The notes beneath the pieces are model-generated. The model did no database searches and was not told the DNA's origin. It was given only the letters and a program-made list of their open reading frames with translations. A stretch of 64,000 nucleotides of DNA from Epithemia pelagica (lineage: Eukaryota > Protista > Bacillariophyta): the NCBI GenBank assembly GCA_946965045.2, contig OX337228.1:6076001-6140000 (forward strand). The letters are read 5' to 3'. A program made the position numbers and the translations under genes. Positions 18,203 through 28,960 of this stretch are shown one piece after another (position 1 is the stretch's first letter; the number at the start of each line of letters is the position of its first letter).

Positions 18203-21200
18203 ATGGAGATCCCTGACGACAATATAGCAAACGGAAGCTATGATCAAGGCTTGGCCAAGTACCATGACGACGCAGGAATGGCCGTCGAACGAGAGGCACT
18301 GCACACCAATGACTTTGATGATGACAATGAAGAAGCCTATCCAATGGTGCTTTCCCGATTGACCCTGTCGACACTGTCACAAAAGGGACAACGACGTGAT
18401 CCACGTGCCTTGCGGTTGGCTGCAGTCACATCTGCCGTGGTGGAAATGGCCCGTAAAGAGGAACCAAATGCTGAGCAAGCCGAGACGACGACGAATCCTG
18501 AGAAGGCTGTCTCGGCGTCTCGCGTCTATGCCAAGGCCATGACGGCCTTGGAGGGGACACTGTCTGTCACATTGACGACGGTCGACCAACACGAGAATGA
18601 CAATGACACGATTCGAAAAGTGATTGACTCGTGGGCCACACAAGTGGCTCTGTTGGAACTCTTGACCGAAACCTTGCCTCATGTTCAACCGGTGGGGATA
18701 CTACAAGCAACCGTACCTCTTTTCTCTCGAGTACTTCGAGCGGTCGTTGCCACCACACAAGATGTGGGATCGTCTTCCACAAGCAAAACAAATACTTCCG
18801 ATGGAAAACTCTTGTTGGAAACAAGAGATGAATTGGGAGGGTCCAACGCCGTATTGAGAGGATCCTGTCGAGCTGTGGCTTGTTTTGTGCAGCGCTTGAC
18901 GGAGAGCACATCTGTCGATACCAAGGCCATTCAGCAATTGTATCTTTCCACTCTCATCCGCTTATGGGAGGATGGACGCCCCAAAGTTCGCAAGGGAGCT
19001 CAATCGTCAGCCCTACAAATCTTACAAGAGACTCGCAACTCCCCAGTCCATTCGGTCGTCCTGAAGGCAACCAGTCACTATTTTCACTCCATCTTAATCA
19101 AGGCACGAAAGGAATTGGAGGCAACCATGAATGGCAAGACACCAGTGTCAAACGAGAGATCCAAAGAGTCCTCGTCCGCACTTTTGCATGGTCTGTCCAT
19201 GTTGGAACGGTGCATGGTGAGTTTGGACTTTGACACCTTGTCCACCGACGTGATGGAACTACTGGCACTGGTCTTTCAGGTTGATGCCACCATGGCGGCG
19301 GCTGCTTCCAAGTCCTCGGATTTTGTCACGACCAAAATGTCAAAAATACAATCCTTGTCGGACCATTGCTTTTTACTGCATGGCCTCTTGTCGGTGATTA
19401 TCAAAGCGCTCGAACATGACGAAGAAGAAGAAGATCGACTCGATGGGGATACCACATCCAAGACAAAAGCTGAGACAATAAAGGTGAAGATTAACACATG
19501 GAGTGGCCGTGTGCTGGCTAGCTTGTTATCTGCTCAACCTACCGTCTTGTTTCGATCCGGATCCGCCCCAGATCAAGTGTTGGAACGAGGCCGATCCTTG
19601 TACGGGCAAGCCGTCCTTGCGGCACTGCGACGTGTGGTGGAAAACAAGGACCAAAGCAATGGTTTGTCCTATCGACTCCTTCCCTTGACTATTCAAATGG
19701 TTCTTTTGCTTTCCAAACCCGTAGTGCTTTCACATCATGGACACGACAATCCAGACGAGTCGGCCAGTTTTGTGGCAAATGGCTTGCTGTCCAACTTGAC
19801 GCAAATCTTTCGATCGAGGTCATTTCATAACCTGATCATGATGGCCGAACAGAAGCAAGATATTCATGACTTGTTGGTACGGTGTTTGACAGAGTCATTA
19901 AGGGGAATGCATGTCTTGTTTCGACCCGAATACCATCCTTGCTGGTCCGTCGGCTTGAAAGCCTTGGTTGTGTTGTTGGAGCAAATCATCAACACAAGAC
20001 CGGGTGGCGAGCGCCCTCTCTCGGTAAAAGTTATATCAACCAATGTGGAAAACCTCATCGACCAACACCATGTTACGCCCAACCACGCTTTGCAACGTCA
20101 TGTCGAAGATGCCTTGTCGACTTTGGTACAGGGTACAGGAATCGAAGGCCTCTGGTCTTTTATTTCCTGGCACCCAGGGCAAAGTCCCGCTACGGACACT
20201 ACGAACAATGACAGTAAATTGGGAATCCACGTTGGCCGTGCATGGGTATTGACCACCATGAAGAATGCAGCATTGACGGCTCAACCAAGGTCGCAGCACC
20301 TAGGATTTTTCCAAAAGCATATTCTTGTCATGGCCCGTCAGATGGATCGACTAGCCGCAGAAGCAGCACAAGCTGAGACTACGGTCTCGACAAAAAAGAG
20401 TATCCTTCACCACCGTGCTCGTGTTGTGGATCTTTGGTCGCTTCTCCCATGCTTTTGCAAGGCACCAACCGATGTTGCAACCGCACTTCCCGCCCTCTCG
20501 GTAGTGTTGAGTAAGGCTCTTGAGGATTCAAGGTATCCCCAGCTTGTGTCTATCATTGCTCGGGCCATTGCAGTACTCTGCACAGAATCAAAAGTCCCGT
20601 CCTCCAAGATGGGTGGTGGTTCTGAAGACGGTGCAGTGGAGGGAATGGCAAAAGCATCACAGAAGATTCTACCAGTCCTCTTCAAACTAATTGTAACCTC
20701 ATCCATCAGTAAAAGTGGTTCCGGAAAAGATGAGAACAGCATGAACATTGACACGCCATCAAAGAAAACAGTAAATCAGGACACATCGCCGGCGGACATT
20801 GGACAACAAACACAGGCAATCACTGAAGCCATTGCCGGTCTTTCGCGCTATGCGCCTCCTCAGTTTCTTCAAGGCCTCTTCAAGAAACTTATGCACAAGC
20901 TGCTCGACGAAATTCAGTCAGAATCCCGCGACGAAGACAAAATATGTTCGTATCTCTGTTTGTCACAAGCCCTGGTGACATCAGAAACTCTGGACGAATC
21001 CAATCTTTCGTTTTTATACCGGACTTTGAAGCCCTTTATCAGAAGTCAGGACGATGCAGGGATTCGATGTCAGAAGAGAGCCTACAAGACGTTAGTTGAA
21101 ATGTGCGAACGAAACCAATCAGGCGTGTTTTTGAATGCAGAGAGAATCAAGGAGATCACGTTGCTTTTGACTGAAACCGTGCACTCTTCATCACAAGTCG

Positions 21201-22564
21201 CAGCTCGTTGTATGAGAATGAAATGCCTCAAACACGTCGTTGACGGAATTGATGATTCGCTTCTTCCTGAAATTATAAACAACCACAAAGTACTTGCCGA
21301 GACATTACTGTCATTGAAGGACAACAACGCCAAGACCAGAGAGGCGGCATATCAGCTTCTTCTTGCAATGGCTACTAGGCAACGTGGAAGGTTGGAACAG
21401 TTTCTTTCCGTCGTCACGGCAGCACTGGGAGCGGAAACAGCACACTTGAGGTCAGCCGCTGTCATGGGATTGTCGCGGATTGTCTACGAGTTCGCTTGGA
21501 ATGGCAAGGATGAAGATGAGTCTGAAAGTCTACAATCTACACTACCAGTATTGCTCAGCACAGTACTCGTTCTGATAAATGAAAACTCAAGAGAAGTTAT
21601 TAAGAGTGTGATTGGATTTGTTCGGATTTGTGTTGCTGTAATGAATCGCGAAAAGCTCGAACCCATGATTCCAGAGCTTGTCCCAGGCTTACTCAGTTTC
21701 CATAAAACAAAGAATAGATTTCGGTCAAAGATCAAAATCATTCTTAAGCGCCTGGTGAAATATTTTGGGTACGAAAAGTTGATGCCGTATGTACCAGAAA
21801 GTGAACAGCGGTTACTTGTACACATAAGGAAGCTCGATGAGCGACAAAAAAGAAAGAAAAATGCCTTGAAGCAAGGCAATGATGGGGAACATACAGTCAA
21901 CCATGGTACTTTCGACGCTATGTTGGAGTCCGATGAAGAGGATTCAGACGACGGGCGAACTTTAATGACGGGGGCTACCGGATTTACTCAATTGACGGGT
22001 CGGGGAAGTATCAAAACTTCGAAGACCCACGTCTCGATTGCGGCGTCAGCCCGCACCAAAGACACAATGGTTTCTTCTAGCAAGCAAAAGTCGAAGCACG
22101 GGTCATCGTTGCAACTCCACGAGACTGATGGTGAGGTAGTGGACATGCTGGGAGCGAAAATGGCCAGACACGTGAAGTTTGCGGTGGATATCGATGATAT
22201 CGGTGACGATGATGACTCGGACGGTATCATGGAGTTTGATGACGAAGGTCGACTCATCGTTCATGATGAAGATAATGCAAGAAGAGAAATTGAGGAGGAG
22301 CATCCATGGAAGAAGCAACGAACCACAAAATCTGGAAGTGCACAGAAAACGACACAACGTCGAAATGGCAAATCTTCGTCCAAACATCTGGGCGCTGCGT
22401 ACAAGTCCAAGAAAGCTGGGGGTGATGTCAAACGTAAGAATCAAGCATATGAACCATATGCTTTCGTACCATTGGATGGAAAGTCGTACTCTAAGAAGAA
22501 TCGAAGAACCGCCGTTGAAAGCATGTCCTCTGTTGTTCGTCTAGGGAAGAAGCGGAAGTCTTAA
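18203..22564 (+). CDS. RRP12: RRP12-like ribosome biogenesis protein (HEAT/NUC173)
   Basis: Motifs: DGRPKVRKGAQ, RSAAVMGLSRIVYEF, SREVIKSVIGFVRI, KNRFRSKIKIILKRLVKYFG, GAAYKSKKAGGDVKRK...EPYAFVPLD. Confidence 0.9.
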   Translation: MEIPDDNIANGSYDQGLAKYHDDAGMAVEREALHTNDFDDDNEEAYPMVLSRLTLSTLSQKGQRRDPRALRLAAVTSAVVEMARKEEPNAEQAETTTNPEKAVSASRVYAKAMTALEGTLSVTLTTVDQHENDNDTIRKVIDSWATQVALLELLTETLPHVQPVGILQATVPLFSRVLRAVVATTQDVGSSSTSKTNTSDGKLLLETRDELGGSNAVLRGSCRAVACFVQRLTESTSVDTKAIQQLYLSTLIRLWEDGRPKVRKGAQSSALQILQETRNSPVHSVVLKATSHYFHSILIKARKELEATMNGKTPVSNERSKESSSALLHGLSMLERCMVSLDFDTLSTDVMELLALVFQVDATMAAAASKSSDFVTTKMSKIQSLSDHCFLLHGLLSVIIKALEHDEEEEDRLDGDTTSKTKAETIKVKINTWSGRVLASLLSAQPTVLFRSGSAPDQVLERGRSLYGQAVLAALRRVVENKDQSNGLSYRLLPLTIQMVLLLSKPVVLSHHGHDNPDESASFVANGLLSNLTQIFRSRSFHNLIMMAEQKQDIHDLLVRCLTESLRGMHVLFRPEYHPCWSVGLKALVVLLEQIINTRPGGERPLSVKVISTNVENLIDQHHVTPNHALQRHVEDALSTLVQGTGIEGLWSFISWHPGQSPATDTTNNDSKLGIHVGRAWVLTTMKNAALTAQPRSQHLGFFQKHILVMARQMDRLAAEAAQAETTVSTKKSILHHRARVVDLWSLLPCFCKAPTDVATALPALSVVLSKALEDSRYPQLVSIIARAIAVLCTESKVPSSKMGGGSEDGAVEGMAKASQKILPVLFKLIVTSSISKSGSGKDENSMNIDTPSKKTVNQDTSPADIGQQTQAITEAIAGLSRYAPPQFLQGLFKKLMHKLLDEIQSESRDEDKICSYLCLSQALVTSETLDESNLSFLYRTLKPFIRSQDDAGIRCQKRAYKTLVEMCERNQSGVFLNAERIKEITLLLTETVHSSSQVAARCMRMKCLKHVVDGIDDSLLPEIINNHKVLAETLLSLKDNNAKTREAAYQLLLAMATRQRGRLEQFLSVVTAALGAETAHLRSAAVMGLSRIVYEFAWNGKDEDESESLQSTLPVLLSTVLVLINENSREVIKSVIGFVRICVAVMNREKLEPMIPELVPGLLSFHKTKNRFRSKIKIILKRLVKYFGYEKLMPYVPESEQRLLVHIRKLDERQKRKKNALKQGNDGEHTVNHGTFDAMLESDEEDSDDGRTLMTGATGFTQLTGRGSIKTSKTHVSIAASARTKDTMVSSSKQKSKHGSSLQLHETDGEVVDMLGAKMARHVKFAVDIDDIGDDDDSDGIMEFDDEGRLIVHDEDNARREIEEEHPWKKQRTTKSGSAQKTTQRRNGKSSSKHLGAAYKSKKAGGDVKRKNQAYEPYAFVPLDGKSYSKKNRRTAVESMSSVVRLGKKRKS

Positions 22565-22771
22565 TGTCTCGCAACAACAAATGCCATGTCTCTGATTGAG
22601 ATTGAATTTGGATATCGACAAGGTGTTTGTGTTGATATGAGGCTTTGCCTAGTTAATGGAACTACAATTGCTCAATAGTCTAGATAACATAGACGATAGA
22701 CGGCATCTTTGACTTGCTATAACCACATGGATCAAAAATCAAAATTGTAAGCCTCATGTGTTCGACATGAC

Positions 22772-24642
22772 TCAGTCTGCCCCAGCATTCCATTGTTGGT
22801 TGTATGTCAAGTCCTGGTCATTAGAAACAGATGCTCCTCCATCACCAGGCTGTTGGTCATTTGCAGATGCCTGCACAGCCACTGCTAGCGAGCTCGGCTC
22901 AAGGGTCAGAGAACCCAGACTTGGATATTGGGGCAAAGCGACACTCGGTGCTGTTGACAGCAAGAATGATCCATCAGTGTTTTGAAGAGAGGGTGCCATG
23001 ACTCCACTTGCCATGGTCGCTGGAGTTAGAGAAATATTTGTCTGAAGAGGATTCTCATGCAACTGCGGGTGTGGCATTTGTTGGAAAGTATGATGTTGAG
23101 GCATGAATGACGGTGGTACGACCACATTTGCCGGACATGCCACCCCAACGACATTAGGGTTCAATTGTAGCTGTTGTTGGAGGATTTGTTGTTGATGCAG
23201 TTGTTGGAGCTGTTGTTGTTGGACAAGCTGTTGTTGCTGCAACTGCTGAAGCTGCAATTGCTGCAAAAGCTGTTCTTGCACCATGCTAGGAGGCAAAGTC
23301 ATTGCTGGCTGTGGTTGCGGGTGATTGTTAAATTGGTTGAGGACAGCGCTATCCCCTATGGCTACCAGATGCTGCCCCAGTTGCTGCCCCAGTTGAACCT
23401 GAGTTCCTCCAATCCCCAATTGCTGCTGTTGATGGGGACGTATCAGGCCCGAAAACAGGTCGACCGAAGTTTCCCCGAGTGCTTCTAACTGTCCAGAGTC
23501 TCTGCTCTTGGGACCAACCCCCAGCACCGGATTAGGTTTGGCAGGAACTTCCACAGCCGCCTTCCGTTTCCTGCGAGGCCCACCCCGCTGTGCTTGCCAC
23601 ACGAAGTTTACGTTGTTGAGAAGGTCGATCCGGTCTTGCGTCAGACGGGAAGATCGTCCTTTCTGCAGAAGCTTGTATTCCTGTCGCTGAAGTATCGTCG
23701 GGATCACAGACCAAGAAGATGGGGTAAGCTGAGATTGAAGGCAACGATGTCCTTGACTCTCTCACACGTACCTGCGTCGATACCCAGTTTGACAACTGTA
23801 CGTTTTCCTGATATTTGGAACAACTCCTGTGTCAGATTATTTTCAAACTCCGTATGTCCTCTCTCAAGCTTGTACCAGGAAGGGCCACTTACCTCCCACC
23901 CAATTGGTACTTGCGAATGACCAAACCGTTCCTGACAAGGTCGAAATGCATCATTGAATAAGAGAATACTGGGATAGTACTAGCTAACGTTAGTATCTGT
24001 GTCGTACCTTGAACTCGACCAATTGTTGGTATCGATGCTTCCAGGGGACGTGCCGCGGATCTCTTGTTGCCCACTGAAACCCAATGGATTCGAGTTTCTC
24101 AATTCGTTCATCTGTCATGGAAGTTGGTTCATCAGATCCTTCTCCCAACACTCTGTAATGCCGCCTTTGGGTTGCCACTGCAGAGTAAGAGGAAGCAAGA
24201 GATGTTTGACACAAAGAGACCAGCAGTGTTGTATCGTGAAGCGGACCGGGAGTAGGCAGATTGTGAGTACGAACATGCAGGGATCCTAGATGAACGATCG
24301 TCTTCAACTACAAGAGATGTGCTTACCCCAACTTCCGAGCGACGTATCATCTCGGTACCGATTAGGCACTAAACAGTGACCGTGTTTATTCTTGAAGGCT
24401 AAAAGTCGACTGTACATATCTTCCCACTTTTTTTCAGCTCCCGCTGCTCTACTTGATGCCGAAGAATCCAACGGCATTTGATCGTCATCTGATGTGGGTG
24501 GACGAGCAATATCCTCGACCATTGAGGTAGCCCTAGCAGGGGACGAGATCACGCTCTCGTGGTCCTCCACCTCGTCATGGTCCACTCCCCTGTCACTGAT
24601 TTCTCTCTCATCATCCATACCGCCAATCGGCTTAATGTCCAT
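22772..24642 (-). CDS. Helicase-associated (HA) domain repeat protein with a Q-rich C-terminus; exons 24642-24327, 24177-24008, 23931-23893, 23807-23772, 23686-22772
   Basis: The spliced product has two HA repeats: KKWEDMYSRLLAFKNKHGHCLVPNRY...LGSWVATQRRHY...ERIEKLESIGFQW and PWKHRYQQLVEFKERFGHSQVPIGWEENVQLSNWVSTQRQEY...DRIDLLNNVNFVW. All introns are GT-AG and keep the frame. Confidence 0.85.
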
Positions 24643-25742
24643 AAAAAGGAAATTCTATATGCGTATTGCAAGCAGTCGAAGTTTGTAGTCACCAAGGCCC
24701 CCCTTCCCTGTTTCCAGGCGGATTCACTCACAACACCGGTCCATACGATAGCCTGGACCTGAACGTGAACGATGATTGTTTCGTTGGTTTTTGCCTTTCT
24801 CCGGCCAAAGAATTGAGGACTCCCTCGTGCTTCGTTGCTCAAGAGGGAACAGACACACTACTAGGAAGAATCTACACCGCTGCTTTCGACTTTCGACGTC
24901 TTGTATCTGTCGCAAGTCGCAAGGGTATTATATCCACAACGACACTACCTTCTTGTGCCCATCATGGGCATTGGCAAAATAGCAATTGAATGTATTGAAT
25001 AAGGAAATGCTGTGTTTCCTGCCGTCTTTTCTGGCGGGTATATCCGTAATCCGTAGTCGTTGAGTGCGAATGCCGACGGCGCAATGTGTTTTTAGGCATT
25101 TTGGGGCTGTCTTCGGGAATCTCTATGAGGGAGAGCTGTAAGGCTAGGTAGATATCGTAAGATGAAAAATGGTTACAATGTTGTCATAAAGATATGGATG
25201 CTGGGGAGTATATATGGACAACACTCCCTCATATAATAATTTCTGAAAAAGAAGGAAATAATTGGAAATTGGAATGGACAAAACAATTATGATGAATCGC
25301 ATGAAGATGTTCACTGGTAAGAAATGGAGGCCAGCTCAGTTGTCGTAGTTGCAGTTCGTCTGGTCTTGTTAGTCTTTAGTCTTTAGCTCTTTAGTGCGAG
25401 TCCTACGAGAGCTATGTCACATGTCACTCGTCACTCAGTTTTACCAGCAACCCATACCTATTAGGAGTACCTATGCATACTACCTAGATACGAGCGCACT
25501 ACTACTAGTATTATGAGTACTCCTACATCTAAACTTCGTACAAGGGGATAAGCATTAGCTACTCGTCGGCTAAAATTTAGTGTAATTAGTAATTAGATCT
25601 CACGACAAGCTACGTATGAAGCTAAACCTTAAATCCCCTGGGCCGAACTCTCTCTACTCGTACATACTACTCCTAATTGATATGTGAGCTACTCTAGGTA
25701 GTAGGACTGTACTGTGGGGCTCTGACCCCACGTACACGTACG

Positions 25743-26690
25743 ATGCGGGAGTGCGCGTGCGTCGCTCTTCCGGATTCTCCCGCGCTGCAGCGGGGAGGAG
25801 CGCGTTCGAGGTGCAGTCAGGTCTCTGCAACCACCACCAGACACCAGATAATGACAAATCGGATGATTGCAGCGGATAGGAACGAATCCATGACGGTATT
25901 AGACGCCGAATCGAATAAAAACAAACAGGAAACTTCAGAAGACTCTGATATGCCGAGAGATCCTTCATCCGACCCCGGAAGGACCATCGCATCTTGCGTG
26001 TCCAGCGATACAGCAACCAGTCTGTCCCAGAATGATCCAAAATCCGTGGTTGGTTTGAAACGCTCGGTTCCTGTAAAGCCGGACGAAGATGACTGTATTG
26101 TTTCCTCGAAGATGCGTCGAACGCTAAACAAAGCCACTGATGAAGTTGACGAGGATAACGATGTGGTCGACACTGCTGCCACCTTTTGCCATAAGGATGG
26201 AGATCGCATCGAGGTCGAATGGGACATTGAAGGCACAGGCGAACAAGATGAAGTCCAAACACACTGGTGGGGCGCGACACTGTTGCCTTTTGATGGGAGA
26301 ACAAAGGATCAAGTAGCAATCCGGACTTTGGAATACGATGCTCATCCCGATGGTGGATTTCCCGAGAAATCAAGAGAAGACGTTGTTTTCCTTGGACACA
26401 ACACTTTGGCTGATCCTGAAAATATGGAACAGGTGCTTCATTACCGACGTGCGGGATCTGAAGAAACTTACGGAGTCGGAGATGTAGAGCCGGTAGTGAA
26501 TCAAGTTCTAGAAACCATCATGTCGAAGAATCAAGACGCATGGAGCAAGCTAAAGCCGGCACAACAAGCCCAGATTGCGTCCAAGATTGCTGCAAAGAAG
26601 CAAAAACTGGTTGAATTGCTGCACCAACAATCAGGACTTGTTACGAGTCAAGATATGCATGCAATATTGGCCCAAACGATGAACGAGTAA
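25743..26690 (+). CDS. Hypothetical protein with a globular-looking C-terminal half (GDRIEVEW...WWGATL); start may be 25851
   Basis: 315-codon ORF. The acidic disordered N-terminus is followed by a beta-rich segment and a helical tail. Family not recognised. Confidence 0.65.
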   Translation: MRECACVALPDSPALQRGGARSRCSQVSATTTRHQIMTNRMIAADRNESMTVLDAESNKNKQETSEDSDMPRDPSSDPGRTIASCVSSDTATSLSQNDPKSVVGLKRSVPVKPDEDDCIVSSKMRRTLNKATDEVDEDNDVVDTAATFCHKDGDRIEVEWDIEGTGEQDEVQTHWWGATLLPFDGRTKDQVAIRTLEYDAHPDGGFPEKSREDVVFLGHNTLADPENMEQVLHYRRAGSEETYGVGDVEPVVNQVLETIMSKNQDAWSKLKPAQQAQIASKIAAKKQKLVELLHQQSGLVTSQDMHAILAQTMNE

Positions 26691-27230
26691 CTTCCGTGCA
26701 GAATTAATATGGTGTAAATCTATTCCATGTTGGTACTCTCTGCATCCAATGATTTTTCAAACATGGTCGTCTCTTCAGGACCGGTCTGCGGACCTAGATG
26801 AACTCAGGCCACCTCGTGTTGTCGTGCTTCGTAGCACTTCCTGTGCGCCCTGTCACTACGAATATGATAATCGCTACTGGTTGACCAAGACCAACTACAT
26901 GCATCAAGCGATGGCGTCTTCCATCAAATTGGGACTCGTGTGGGAGAACAATTTGCTTGTCGTCTTTCACACCTCCTAGCAGCAAGATACTATGTAAGGC
27001 TAGATCTATTTCACATTCATGGTCCAGTTGAGGCGGGAATGGATATGATTTTCGGATGCTTCCAACTTGGGCGGGACTGGTTCAAAAAATGTGTCACGCC
27101 CTGTGGCACTGGTCAGCGCGGAAGGAACATGAGTAGAATTCCAGGACCGAGGCCTTCAGATTTCGCCTCATAATTTGGAAGTTACCAGAATCATTGAAAC
27201 GTTGCGAGGGAAGAAAGAACCTGTCATACC

Positions 27231-28830
27231 ATGAAAACGATCCACACCATTGTGACATGGACCTTGGCTCTATCGGCCATCACAGAAGGTGTTCTTCATG
27301 ACACTTTCACTCTGGGGGAGACCGACGAGGTCAACCGTGTTTTTGGACCCAGCGATTGGGACCAGGTTGATTGTGAAGATGTCGCCACATGCGTACGTTT
27401 CAAACTCAGTGTCATGTCAAACATGGGCAGACGTCGTCTCCTAACTTCTGTTCTTTCGTTTACAACCAGCCGGGATGGCCCACAAACTGGGAAGACTACC
27501 ACGATTTCATTCCTTACAACGGAACGAGCAATATGTGTCGTGACTGTTCCCAAAGAAAAGGTGGGATTTGTCAGTTTCACCAACAGTCTCCTATCGATCT
27601 CGACCGAAACATTACTGCTCGTCGCGAATGTAAAGACCGTCACCGAATGAACTTCGTGAAAGGTAACTGCCGCTTCGGCCGAATGAAGTTTAGAATTCTT
27701 CCCCACGTTCTTCGAGCCTACCAGCCTGACTACTGTCAAGTAGAACCCAACATTGACTACTCGATGGGATTTCCTGATCCGTGGATGCTCAAGTTCACGG
27801 ATATTACCGTTCCTAGTCATCACTCGATTGAGGGACATCAATTTTCTGCAGAGATATTTCTGTCTCACGTGTATTCGGCGAGAAAGCCAAACAAGTTGGT
27901 GAGTAAAAAGTCGGTAACCCACAGAAACGACGACTGTTCAACTGGAAGGATCAGATGATTTCTCACTGTTTTGTCAGATTGGCAACGTGGCCGTTTTCTT
28001 AGAGGCAGGCACGGAGGACGATCACTACGATTTTCTACAACTCTACATAAAGAGGTTTCGCCAAGAAAGGACCAGGGTTGCACGATGGTGCTCTTCCCGG
28101 AGCCCTTCTTTTAGCCCATCCTCTAGCCCTGAGTCCATGGACGACGACGACGATGAGAGTGATGATGTTGATGACAAGTCAATGGGCCGTAGCTTGAATG
28201 ATCCCGAAGATGGCCAAGAGTTGTTTATTCGTGAAATCGATTATGTTGTCAAACCCCCACATTACACTGGAGTCTTTCATCCTTACTTATGGTGCGTACC
28301 ATCTGCAAAATACACAGCTACTTTGTTACACCCTTGCCACCCTAACAAGTGCATGGTTGTTCTCCAGGGTGAGAAATGTGGGGACAGAACATTACTTTCG
28401 CTACAATGGTTCCATGCCTGAACCTCCATGCTTTGAAGGTGTTCACTGGCGCGTGCTTCGAAAACCTATCATGGTAGCTCCGTCCCAAATCTCAGACTTG
28501 GAAGATCTCATTGCGAGTCGCATGGATCCCGTCACGTGTGAGTACGAAAATGCAGGCAAACCACGTGAAGGTGACCCCACGAAAGTGGATATCAACCGTC
28601 CACTTCAGACCTTGAGAAACTCGCACAAGCTTGTTTACTGCGAGTGTGTTGATTGGACGTCACCGAAGAAAGCTGACAAAGCTTACTGCAATGGAACATT
28701 TGAGGAACGCGGCGTCTTCGACCGGACATGGCCAAGCCCAGCACCATCTATTGCCCCGTCCAATTCTCCGTCCATCTCTTCCAATCCATCAGAGAGTCTT
28801 CCTCCTTCGAGCTTGCCGTCCGAGAATTAA
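27231..28830 (+). CDS. Secreted alpha-carbonic-anhydrase-like protein lacking the Zn-binding His residues; exons 27231-27392, 27470-27898, 27978-28291, 28368-28830
   Basis: Signal peptide MKTIHTIVTWTLALSAITEG. Alpha-CA motifs QQSPIDL, SHHSIEGHQFSAEIFLSH, YFRYNGSMPEPPCFEGVHWRVLRKPI, INRPLQ. Introns are canonical and keep the frame. Confidence 0.8.
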
Positions 28831-28960
28831 ACCGTCGACCAATTGATGAGAAATTGGGATATGCATCTACACTACCTCCGGATCACTTGGTAAGAGTAAG
28901 ACAGTAATAAAGTAGAATTGTGGTGAGATATGAATTATGTTGTCCCGTTTAAACAATGAA

